Assembly: GCF_000757865.1 (NCBI RefSeq)
Contig: NZ_CP007754.1
Location: 1,020,001 to 1,052,000, forward strand
Direction of reading: 5' to 3'
Length of the DNA stretch: 32,000 nt
Origin: Prochlorococcus sp. MIT 0801
GTDB lineage: Bacteria > Cyanobacteriota > Cyanobacteriia > PCC-6307 > Cyanobiaceae
The notes beneath the pieces are model-generated. The model had not been told where the DNA came from. It ran no database searches and worked only from the letters and a program-made list of their open reading frames with translations. Numbering within the stretch: position 1 is the first letter of the stretch; every line of letters starts with the position of its first letter. This document shows, piece by piece, positions 1 to 6,023 of the stretch. Both the position numbers and the translations under genes were made by a program.

Positions 1-163
1 AAACCATCAAGAAGGCCTATGGCAAGGGAATTTATCCTTATCTTTCTTACAATTTTATATAAAGGCACCATTTGTTATGTTGTTAAGAAAAAAATTCAAT
101 TATTGAAAACTGATGAACTGCTGCAAAAAGAAAAACAACCAAATCAATTAAAGAGTCAAATTA

Positions 164-298
164 ATGACTTCGACAATAATATCAATAATGACATTAGGCA
201 TCCTCATAACAGGAATTTCTGTTTGGTGGGTCAGAACAACCCTTAAAGAAGGTAATAATGCACTTAAAGAAAGCCAAAAAGAAAATCAAGACAATTAA
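164..298 (+). CDS. small single-TM peptide (44 aa), WW[VI]R family; below ORF-track size cut-off
   Basis: ATG 164-166 and TAA 296-298. Hand translation: MTSTIISIMTLGILITGISVWWVRTTLKEGNNALKESQKENQDN. The TM helix is followed by WWVRTTLKEG, which resembles WWIRMTIKNG in ORF 10192..10383. Confidence 0.45.
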   Translation: MTSTIISIMTLGILITGISVWWVRTTLKEGNNALKESQKENQDN

Positions 299-358
299 AA
301 ATCTTTTATAAATTTAGATTGCCAAAAATTTTGAGAAAAAGATTTGAACATTAAGTCC

Positions 359-390
359 AAAAAAAATTCCTCCACTGTTCAGTGGAGGAG
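359..390 (-). terminator. Rho-independent terminator of the 422..709 minus-strand gene
   Basis: 9-bp stem 368-376/381-389 (TCCTCCACT/AGTGGAGGA) with a 4-nt loop. On the minus strand it is followed by a run of eight T (the A-run at 359-366 on plus). Confidence 0.7.
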
Positions 391-421
391 ATAACGAAAC
401 ATTCATCAGACCAACTATCAG

Positions 422-709
422 CTACTTCTTATTAAGAGCAGCCTTAACCTTTGTGGGAGACAACGCATTTAGCTCCTCTTTTAGTTCGTTTTGACGTTCA
501 TCAAGAACTTTAATACGTGCTTGATAACTCTCTTCTAATCTCTTCCTAGAGGCCTCGATGTTATCGAGTTCCTCTTGACGTTGATTACGCTTTAGCTCTT
601 CAAGCTGGCTATCAGAAACCACATAAACAGTTCTGGCAGGAGCTATTAAAGAATCAGAGAAAAAAGTGTCGAAGAGTGAAGTGTACATAACTTTTCTTTC
701 GGAGTACAT
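422..709 (-). CDS. hypothetical coiled-coil protein (95 aa)
   Basis: ORF track. The charged heptad-like segment is QLEELKRNQRQEELDNIEASRKRLEESYQARIKVLDERQNELKEELNAL. A strong terminator lies just downstream. An alternative ATG is at 688. Confidence 0.7.
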   Translation of the reverse strand: MYSERKVMYTSLFDTFFSDSLIAPARTVYVVSDSQLEELKRNQRQEELDNIEASRKRLEESYQARIKVLDERQNELKEELNALSPTKVKAALNKK

Positions 710-866
710 AACTACTCTGTCTTAAATTAATTTAGTTTGGAATGAGGTGAACCGAAGAAAATTATTCGGTAACTATCACTCACATCGGTTGCTACTACTG
801 AAAGGTTAGGTATACCGATCACTAAACGTACCCCAAAGACGACTTTCAAAAGAAACAACAAAAATA

Positions 867-1025
867 ATGGCTACATATTTGCTCTTACTAGGAATCATTG
901 TGATCATCATTTCATGGAAATTCTTCAATGACTGGGCGTCTGGTCTGGCAGGATTTATTTACGGAGGCGTCTTATTTTGGGGTATCAAATTATTTATTCA
1001 GCTGATCAAAGCTTTATTTGGATAA
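867..1025 (+). CDS. small two-TM membrane peptide (52 aa)
   Basis: Hand translation from ATG 867 to TAA 1023-1025: MATYLLLLGIIVIIISWKFFNDWASGLAGFIYGGVLFWGIKLFIQLIKALFG. Confidence 0.5.
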   Translation: MATYLLLLGIIVIIISWKFFNDWASGLAGFIYGGVLFWGIKLFIQLIKALFG

Positions 1026-1045
1026 AAACAATGACGCTAATGAAA

Positions 1046-1201
1046 TTAAATGAAACTACTGAAACCATGTCTTAACCCCCAAAAGATAGTTACCAAAATC
1101 GCTGACAAAGGAAGAGCAATGGCAAGTGTGATATTGATTGTCCTAAAAGTCTTACCAACTCCATTACTCGTATCTTTAGAGGGATCTACGATAAGTGGCA
1201 T
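1046..1201 (-). CDS. small membrane peptide (51 aa)
   Basis: Hand translation of the minus strand from ATG at 1201 to the stop at 1046-1048: MPLIVDPSKDTSNGVGKTFRTINITLAIALPLSAILVTIFWGLRHGFSSFI. Confidence 0.4.
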   Translation of the reverse strand: MPLIVDPSKDTSNGVGKTFRTINITLAIALPLSAILVTIFWGLRHGFSSFI

Positions 1202-1280
1202 GGCGAGTACGTATTTTTTTTATTTATAGACGCAAATTCCATTCAATTGGTTAGATTGTCGTAATTATCGAGACAGTCTC

Positions 1281-1496
1281 ATGTATTTATTAGGTCTAGG
1301 ACTATTAGTTTTAAGCACTTGGTATCTGATGAAGCTATACACAAATTTCAACAATGATCCAATAGCAAAGAAAGAAATCGATAACGCATGGCAAGAAGCT
1401 AAGAAGGAAGCAAAAGGTAAAAATCCTTTTGCTCCAGGAAGGATTAAAGAGGCTCTCAATGCATATAAAGCTGATATGAAAAAGGAAGACACCTAA
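1281..1496 (+). CDS. hypothetical protein, N-terminal TM plus charged tail (71 aa)
   Basis: ORF track. The composition (TM helix, then a Lys/Glu/Ala-rich tail) is protein-like. The fully overlapping antisense ORF 1265..1492 is Ser/Leu/Phe-rich. Confidence 0.55.
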   Translation: MYLLGLGLLVLSTWYLMKLYTNFNNDPIAKKEIDNAWQEAKKEAKGKNPFAPGRIKEALNAYKADMKKEDT

Positions 1497-1589
1497 AAGA
1501 TAGAAAAATCCAAAGAAACGATAATTAGTAGTACATAAAAGCTAAAATATAAATTTATTAATTTCTTAGTGACACCCTCTTTGGTTTTA

Positions 1590-1865
1590 ATGGATTATGT
1601 AGACAGAAAGACATTGAATAATGAACAACTATCATATCTCGAACAAGTTTTAAAAGCCTCAATTCAGAAATTGAAATTCACAGGAATCAAACCTGCTATT
1701 GCCAATAATGAAATATGTGATGCAGCTCTCCTTTCCCAGGGTTCATATGAAATAAGTTGTATTGCATCCATACTCGATATGCTTCAGCCAACAAAAAAAC
1801 GCATGGAGCGTAAAACAAAAGTATTCAACGCTTTATGCAATGCAGGGTTAATAGTTACTGATTAA
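1590..1865 (+). CDS. hypothetical protein, 'C[IL]ASILD' family, copy 1 (91 aa from ATG 1590; the ORF track starts at GTG 1569)
   Basis: Paralogous to ORF 10414..10716: ISCIASILDMLQPTKKRMERKTKVFNALCNAGLI versus ITCLASILDKSNPLSLGKKSRGAKVIDALLHNNYL. The KF and IC positions are also shared. Confidence 0.65.
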   Translation: MDYVDRKTLNNEQLSYLEQVLKASIQKLKFTGIKPAIANNEICDAALLSQGSYEISCIASILDMLQPTKKRMERKTKVFNALCNAGLIVTD

Positions 1866-1928
1866 ATAAAAGGCGTACCTTAAAAGACAAATTAGGACAA
1901 ATATTTTAAATAACTATGAAAAGCCAGT

Positions 1929-1947
1929 GAGAGGCATTGAACCTCTC
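1929..1947 (-). terminator. 3' hairpin of H1-like copy 1 (GAGAGG/CCTCTC stem)
   Basis: 6-bp stem with a 7-nt loop, 28 nt past the stop. On the minus strand it is followed by ACTGGCTTTTC. The homologous hairpin at 12842..12860 carries compensatory changes. Confidence 0.5.
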
Positions 1948-1974
1948 ATGCCGCCTAGACGGTCTGGTGAAGTT

Positions 1975-2451
1975 TTATTTAGCAGCTTCAGGTGCTTTTC
2001 TGGCTTTGCGTGCACGCCTAGCAGGCCTACCAGCACTTGGCTTGACGACCGCAGAAACCTCGACTTTAGCTTTGGCTGCAGCCTTTTTAGCTACAGGCTT
2101 TTTAGCTACTGCCTTCTTTGCTGTGGCCTTTTTAGCTACTGCCTTCTTTGCTGTTGCCTTTTTAGCAACTGATTTTTTTGCTGCAGTAGCTTTTGGAGCA
2201 GCTCCTTTACGTGTTCGATGAGAAAGAATTAAAGCCCATTCATCAGCACTAATATTTGCTGGCTTATTTCCATGAACCTCAGAAACTTTTGCTGCTTTTT
2301 CGATATCTTTAATTAGGTTTTTCCAAGAAGCCGCGTATCGTTTATCAGACTGAGATTTTGCTCCGCTTTCAACAAGGGTTTCAACGACTTGAGAAGCAGT
2401 GACCTTTTTACGACGTCTGTTAAAGATCTCCTTTTGCAAGGTAGCGATCAA
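1975..2451 (-). CDS. DNA-binding-like protein: ribbon-helix-helix-like N-terminal domain plus Lys/Ala-rich histone-H1-like tail, copy 1
   Basis: ORF track gives 158 aa from TTG. Residues 1-82 match copy 2 (12890..13477) with one I/V change. The tail is KKATAKKAVAKK repeats ending in AGRPARRARKARK. In-frame homology continues upstream to 2493, where ATA replaces the ATG of copy 2. Confidence 0.85.
   Translation of the reverse strand: MIATLQKEIFNRRRKKVTASQVVETLVESGAKSQSDKRYAASWKNLIKDIEKAAKVSEVHGNKPANISADEWALILSHRTRKGAAPKATAAKKSVAKKATAKKAVAKKATAKKAVAKKPVAKKAAAKAKVEVSAVVKPSAGRPARRARKARKAPEAAK
2098..2157. repeat. 30-bp tandem repeat x2 (one mismatch) inside the Lys/Ala tail coding region
   Basis: CTTTTTAGCTACTGCCTTCTTTGCTGTGGC at 2098-2127 is repeated at 2128-2157, with G to T at 2155. 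Partial copies flank it at 2083-2097 and 2158-2170. Confidence 0.9.
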
Positions 2452-2780
2452 GGCATCACCTTTAGCACTAACTTTGATGGATAACTGAGATATAACTCAA
2501 TAATTACTTTCTTAATACATCTATCACATATAGGGTATTAAATTCAATAGTCAATGGTTAATCGACTACTAATGTTTCATATATCTAACAAAATCAACTT
2601 AAAGTGACACGTTTATACCAATTATAATTACTCGAAAATTTCTCGACATTGAGAAGAAAATCATATCCAGTGGGTGAGAGGAAGCCCTAAACAAATACAA
2701 GAAACTGTCAGCCAATAAGGGTCATAACCTGATGAAAAATCGTATGAAACTCATACAAGCAAATTAATCAAGTCAGAGGC

Positions 2781-3101
2781 TTAGGCCACCTCTGGACACC
2801 AACCAATCTCTCTCTCTCGTTGCCGAATCCAGAGATGACAACGTGAGATCAAATGATCTCCATGTGGAATTAAACGACGATGAACATGACAGGAAAGAAT
2901 TGTTCTGCAATGTTTGTCGCTGGAATAATTGAAATGTTGACATGTCATGCAAACGCGAGCTGAACATGTTTTTTCGAGAATCCCTTTCTCAAGGAATTGC
3001 CACTCTTCTTCTTGATCGAAGATTTGATCGGTGTGAGCTTCTTCGGAGTGAGTCGTAGACATTGTCCAATACCAATAGGTTGCGCTACGGCAGATACCCA
3101 T
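2781..3101 (-). CDS. Cys/His-rich small protein, probable metal-binding (106 aa; alternative ATG at 3062 gives 93 aa)
   Basis: ORF track. Contains CSARVCMTCQHF...HCRTILSCHVHRRLIPHGDHLISRCHLW (8 Cys and many His in about 60 aa). A LexA-box-like palindrome lies 56 nt upstream. Confidence 0.7.
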   Translation of the reverse strand: MGICRSATYWYWTMSTTHSEEAHTDQIFDQEEEWQFLEKGILEKTCSARVCMTCQHFNYSSDKHCRTILSCHVHRRLIPHGDHLISRCHLWIRQREREIGWCPEVA

Positions 3102-3156
3102 TCCTCAGCCTTAAAAACAGCATATGGGGAAGCAGATGGAGTCATTTACCTTTAGC

Positions 3157-3170
3157 AGTACACATGTACT
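3157..3170. promoter_or_regulatory. candidate LexA (SOS) box AGTACACATGTACT
   Basis: All 14 positions fit the cyanobacterial LexA consensus RGTACNNNDGTWCB. The arms AGTACA/TGTACT are a perfect inverted repeat. In minus-strand sense a TTGACA hexamer (plus coordinates 3190-3195) lies 18 nt upstream of TAGTAC. Confidence 0.45.
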
Positions 3171-3346
3171 AGCAAAGAAAAATAGGTATTGTCAAGTCAA
3201 CTATTTCAAAACATCTAGAAAATGTATTCTCCAATAACAGGAATTAAGCAGATCAAAGGTTAGAACTCGACACTTATTACAAAGAGATAAAGGGTAATTA
3301 AAAAATATAAACGGATAAGTCCGGTCAAGAAAAAACCAATAAAAAA

Positions 3347-3371
3347 GCCCTCATCTTATGAGGGCTTTTTT
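3347..3371. terminator. bidirectional Rho-independent terminator-like hairpin
   Basis: 7-bp stem GCCCTCA/TGAGGGC (3347-3353/3359-3365) with a 5-nt loop. A T6 run follows at 3366-3371 and an A6 run precedes at 3341-3346. Confidence 0.7.
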
Positions 3372-3386
3372 ATTATCGGCTGAAAG

Positions 3387-3401
3387 ATCCCCATCACCCA
3401 G
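3387..3401 (+). repeat. 15-nt direct repeat ATCCCCATCACCCAG, copy a
   Basis: Exact 15-mer, also present at 3531-3545, in an ORF-free intergenic region. Confidence 0.9.
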
Positions 3402-3530
3402 CTCCCAAAAATAATAATCAAATCAATCAGATTAGGCAACATTAAAGCACCATATCTTTCACCTCAGACTTAAATGAACACCATCAGTAGGGGGGGGTTG
3501 ATTTATCAAAGAAATAGGGTTAGAAATAGT

Positions 3531-3545
3531 ATCCCCATCACCCAG
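3531..3545 (+). repeat. 15-nt direct repeat ATCCCCATCACCCAG, copy b
   Basis: Exact copy of 3387-3401. It is followed by a second shared motif, ACACCAT-N3-TAGGG (3555-3569; copy a at 3478-3492), and a T6 run at 3572-3577. Confidence 0.9.
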
Positions 3546-3577
3546 GCCCGAAGGACACCATACCTAGGGTCTTTTTT
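3540..3577 (+). terminator. possible terminator / 3' end of a small RNA (imperfect stem plus T6)
   Basis: ACCCAGG (3540-3546) can pair with CCTAGGGT (3563-3570), with one mismatch and one G-T pair, followed by CTTTTTT. The T-run could alternatively form a CTTTT/AAAAG hairpin, so this call is weak. Confidence 0.35.
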
Positions 3578-3750
3578 ATTGGAAAAGCTTATCTAGACCG
3601 ATTTGATTATTATTAAGGTCATAGGAGCTGTGGAAAACTTTTATTGTTTGACTGAATTTGTCTTCAAGAAAAGCAGTCCATACCAAGATATTAAGAAAAA
3701 GTAGCTTATAAAGGTTTAAAAACGATTAATTGAAAACCCCCTCTCAATTG

Positions 3751-3764
3751 AGTAAAAAGGTTCT
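3751..3764. promoter_or_regulatory. degenerate LexA-box-like site AGTAAAAAGGTTCT
   Basis: 13 of 14 positions fit RGTACNNNDGTWCB (A instead of C at position 5). It lies 84-97 nt upstream of the nuclease ATG at 3848. Confidence 0.3.
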
Positions 3765-3847
3765 AAATCTCCGAACGGAAAGGAGAAAGACAATTGCACT
3801 CATAAAAATGGAATCTATCAAATAAATACAGTTGAAATCCACACCAC

Positions 3848-4708
3848 ATGATTGATCTCAAAAGGAATAGCAAAAAAGTACCAATTGAAGCAACAGGCCT
3901 TCGAAGCCGTAAGTCTTCTCTCTATGAGCCAAATCAAAAAGAAGATTTCAAAATCAGCAGAGGTCGGTTCTCTAATTTCCTCACTTGTCAAAGGTGTTTT
4001 TATCTCGATCGGGTAAGAGGTCTCGATCCTCCAGGGACACCAGGTTGGACTCTCAATGAAACCACTGACCTATTACTCAAAAAAGAATTTGACTATTGCA
4101 GACAGAAACAGATTCCACACAGAATATTTGAATCTAATGGACTATCTCATGTTGTTCCATTTGATCATCCTGAAATAGATAACTGGAGAAACTCTCTTAA
4201 TCGAGGATTAATGTATCGTTACAAGGATACAGGAATAATTTTAACTGGTGGTGTAGACGATATTTGGCAAGACACTATTACAGAGCAACTAATAATTGTG
4301 GATTACAAATCTCAAGCTAAAAACGGACGAGTTGACAAGAAAGATTATTTAGATGATCCATTTCACGAGGCCTATAAAATTCAAATGGATTTTTATGCTT
4401 ACTTGCTCTCGGGAATGGGTTTTAGTGTTCATCCAACGTCCTATTTTCTTGTTTGCAATGCAAAAAGGGATGAAGATGAATTTAATAAGACCATGCGTTT
4501 TGATGAATATCTTGTTCCCTACAAATGGAGCAATGATTGGATAGAGAGTCGACTAGATGAAATGGTGGCACTAATGAATCAGCTAGAGGTTCCAGAATCA
4601 AATCATTCCTGCAAGAACTGCGCCTACGCAGATCAATATTCGAAAATAATATTTTCAGGAAATACAAGTCAAAAAGAAATTACTCAAGGAACCTTGCCAT
4701 TATTCTAA
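3848..4708 (+). CDS. PD-(D/E)XK nuclease, RecB/Cas4-like core with terminal Cys pairs (286 aa)
   Basis: Motifs seen are GGVDDIW (Asp), IIVDYKSQ (D-x-K) and QMDFYAYLL (QxxxY of RecB-family nucleases). CQRC lies near the N-terminus and CKNC near the C-terminus. Confidence 0.88.
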   Translation: MIDLKRNSKKVPIEATGLRSRKSSLYEPNQKEDFKISRGRFSNFLTCQRCFYLDRVRGLDPPGTPGWTLNETTDLLLKKEFDYCRQKQIPHRIFESNGLSHVVPFDHPEIDNWRNSLNRGLMYRYKDTGIILTGGVDDIWQDTITEQLIIVDYKSQAKNGRVDKKDYLDDPFHEAYKIQMDFYAYLLSGMGFSVHPTSYFLVCNAKRDEDEFNKTMRFDEYLVPYKWSNDWIESRLDEMVALMNQLEVPESNHSCKNCAYADQYSKIIFSGNTSQKEITQGTLPLF

Positions 4709-4764
4709 GAACGCTAATAATTTAAAAATGATTCTGACCATAAAGCCTCTAAAGAATTAATGGT

Positions 4765-5403
4765 ATGTGCGGAAGATACCAACTAATAAACGATTTTATA
4801 AATCTTCCTGATCTTTTAAAAAAAGATATGCCAAGAGGGTTGAGCCAAAAATATGAACCACAAGTATTAATCAAGCCAGGGTCTCCAATTCTTGTTCTAA
4901 AAAATGAAGGCAAGACACAAACATCAATAATGCTTTGGGGATTTATTTCTGAGTGGAGTAAAGACCCTTTCGACAACACAAGACCAAAACCATTTAATGC
5001 TAGATCCGAAAGTGTCGAAGAAAAGAAACTTTTTCGTGCTAGTTGGAAGCATAAGAGATGTTTAATACCAGCAAGCGGATTTTTAGAAAAAGGTCACCTA
5101 ATACGTAGAAAAGATTCTCAAACTTTTTGGTTGGCTGGACTTTGGAATAGATGGATGTCTCAAGAAGGAAGTGAACTAGAGAGTTGTTGTGTTCTAACAA
5201 CCGAACCAAATGATTTAGTAAAACAATTTCATAACCGTATGCCAGTAATTATTCCAAATGGACTTGAAGAAGAATGGATAGCTTCAGTGAAAAACGCTCA
5301 AGACCTGAAAGCTTTAAAACCACTAATGACTAAATGGGACCCAGAAGAATGGGAAGCCGAGCCAATAAACAAACCTAATGCCAATCAATTGTCGTTCCTA
5401 TGA
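4765..5403 (+). CDS. SOS response-associated peptidase (SRAP; YedK/HMCES family), abasic-site processing protein (212 aa)
   Basis: The N-terminus is MCGRY (catalytic Cys2). Also present are FNARSES, KRCLIPASGF and the FHNRMPVIIP His motif. The length is typical of the family. Confidence 0.93.
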   Translation: MCGRYQLINDFINLPDLLKKDMPRGLSQKYEPQVLIKPGSPILVLKNEGKTQTSIMLWGFISEWSKDPFDNTRPKPFNARSESVEEKKLFRASWKHKRCLIPASGFLEKGHLIRRKDSQTFWLAGLWNRWMSQEGSELESCCVLTTEPNDLVKQFHNRMPVIIPNGLEEEWIASVKNAQDLKALKPLMTKWDPEEWEAEPINKPNANQLSFL

Positions 5404-5420
5404 AATAAAGACAAAAAGAA

Positions 5421-5438
5421 AGGGCTTATCTAAGCCCT
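5421..5438 (-). terminator. terminator hairpin between convergent genes (functional mainly on the minus strand)
   Basis: AGGGCT/AGCCCT stem. On the minus strand it is followed by TTCTTTTTGTCTTTATTT; on the plus strand the trailing sequence is not T-rich. Confidence 0.6.
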
Positions 5439-5465
5439 AGAGACAGTTGTACAAGAATCACTAAA

Positions 5466-5639
5466 TCAGTGATCGTGATGGACTTCAGCCGAACTAGGCA
5501 TTTCATGGGCAGAAGACAATCTCTTCAATGATTGAGATCCACAAATAGCAGACAACGCGATCACAACCAAGGATGCAGTGCTTAACAATTGAAGAACTAT
5601 CGGGAGATGTGAATTAATTCGTTCTCTAAAAGTAGTCAT
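5466..5639 (-). CDS. small single-TM protein with His-rich C-terminus (57 aa)
   Basis: Hand translation from ATG at 5639 to TGA at 5466-5468: MTTFRERINSHLPIVLQLLSTASLVVIALSAICGSQSLKRLSSAHEMPSSAEVHHDH. A terminator follows. Confidence 0.55.
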   Translation of the reverse strand: MTTFRERINSHLPIVLQLLSTASLVVIALSAICGSQSLKRLSSAHEMPSSAEVHHDH

Positions 5640-6023
5640 TTGGGAAGTTAATTAACACTCCATTAAAGCAAAAAGAATAAGCACCGTCCATATCATAAGT
5701 ATTCTGACTTAAATAGCTAAAAGCAAAAAAATAAGCATAAATAAATTTAGTCCAACTGTTATGAGTGATGTACTTGGTTTAAATTCTTTAACCAAAACTA
5801 AGGACTCAATCTTTTAATGATTTCTAATTATGACCTGAAAATTTAAAAGTCTCACAAAATACATAATGAAAATTAAATATTGAAAGGAAACACATGAATA
5901 AAAAATGTACAATTAATCAACGTATTAACTCAAAACTTCTCATGGCTGAATAAATAATAAAGGCTAAAACCACTCGACGTCGGATATCTGATTAAGATTA
6001 TCTAAATAAAGGACGAAAAAAGA

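Noticed and set aside
19-246. ORF-track entry, 75 aa, plus strand
   Set aside because: Low-complexity Asn/Lys/Ile-rich sequence with no recognisable features. It overlaps, in another frame, the better-supported TM peptide at 164..298. The first 60-106 nt of the window may instead be the 3' end of a gene starting upstream, but I cannot decide which frame.
703-716. AGTACATAACTACT, a 13/14 match to the LexA consensus
   Set aside because: The mismatch hits the invariant G of the second half-site, and the site overlaps the start codon of 422..709 rather than a promoter. It is most likely a chance match.
1265-2221. ORFs 1265..1492 (-), 1927..2172 (+) and 1937..2221 (+)
   Set aside because: These are antisense shadows of better ORFs. 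The two plus-strand ORFs are the reverse reading of the Lys/Ala repeat tail (giving Phe/Leu/Ala/Cys runs). ORF 1265..1492 is Ser/Leu/Phe-rich opposite 1281..1496.
2773-3145. ORFs 2773..2967 (-) and 2945..3145 (-)
   Set aside because: Alternative frames overlapping the Cys/His-rich ORF 2781..3101. Their composition is less protein-like and they have no independent support.
3158-3169. Possible NtcA site (GTA...TAC) within the palindrome
   Set aside because: The spacing is GTA-N6-TAC, whereas NtcA sites are GTA-N8-TAC. The LexA consensus fits perfectly instead.
3387-3401. The 15-mer repeat as a tRNA 3'-end fragment (island att site) or a Yfr1/Yfr2 core
   Set aside because: I could not fit a T-arm/acceptor pattern (no TTCRANY loop or CCA context). 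I also found no Yfr1 ACTCCTCACAC or GGAAACA-type motif. The repeat is therefore reported only as an unexplained repeat or candidate sRNA.
4353-4979. ORFs 4353..4544 (+), 4482..4667 (-) and 4749..4979 (-)
   Set aside because: Nested in, or antisense to, the confidently identified nuclease and SRAP genes.
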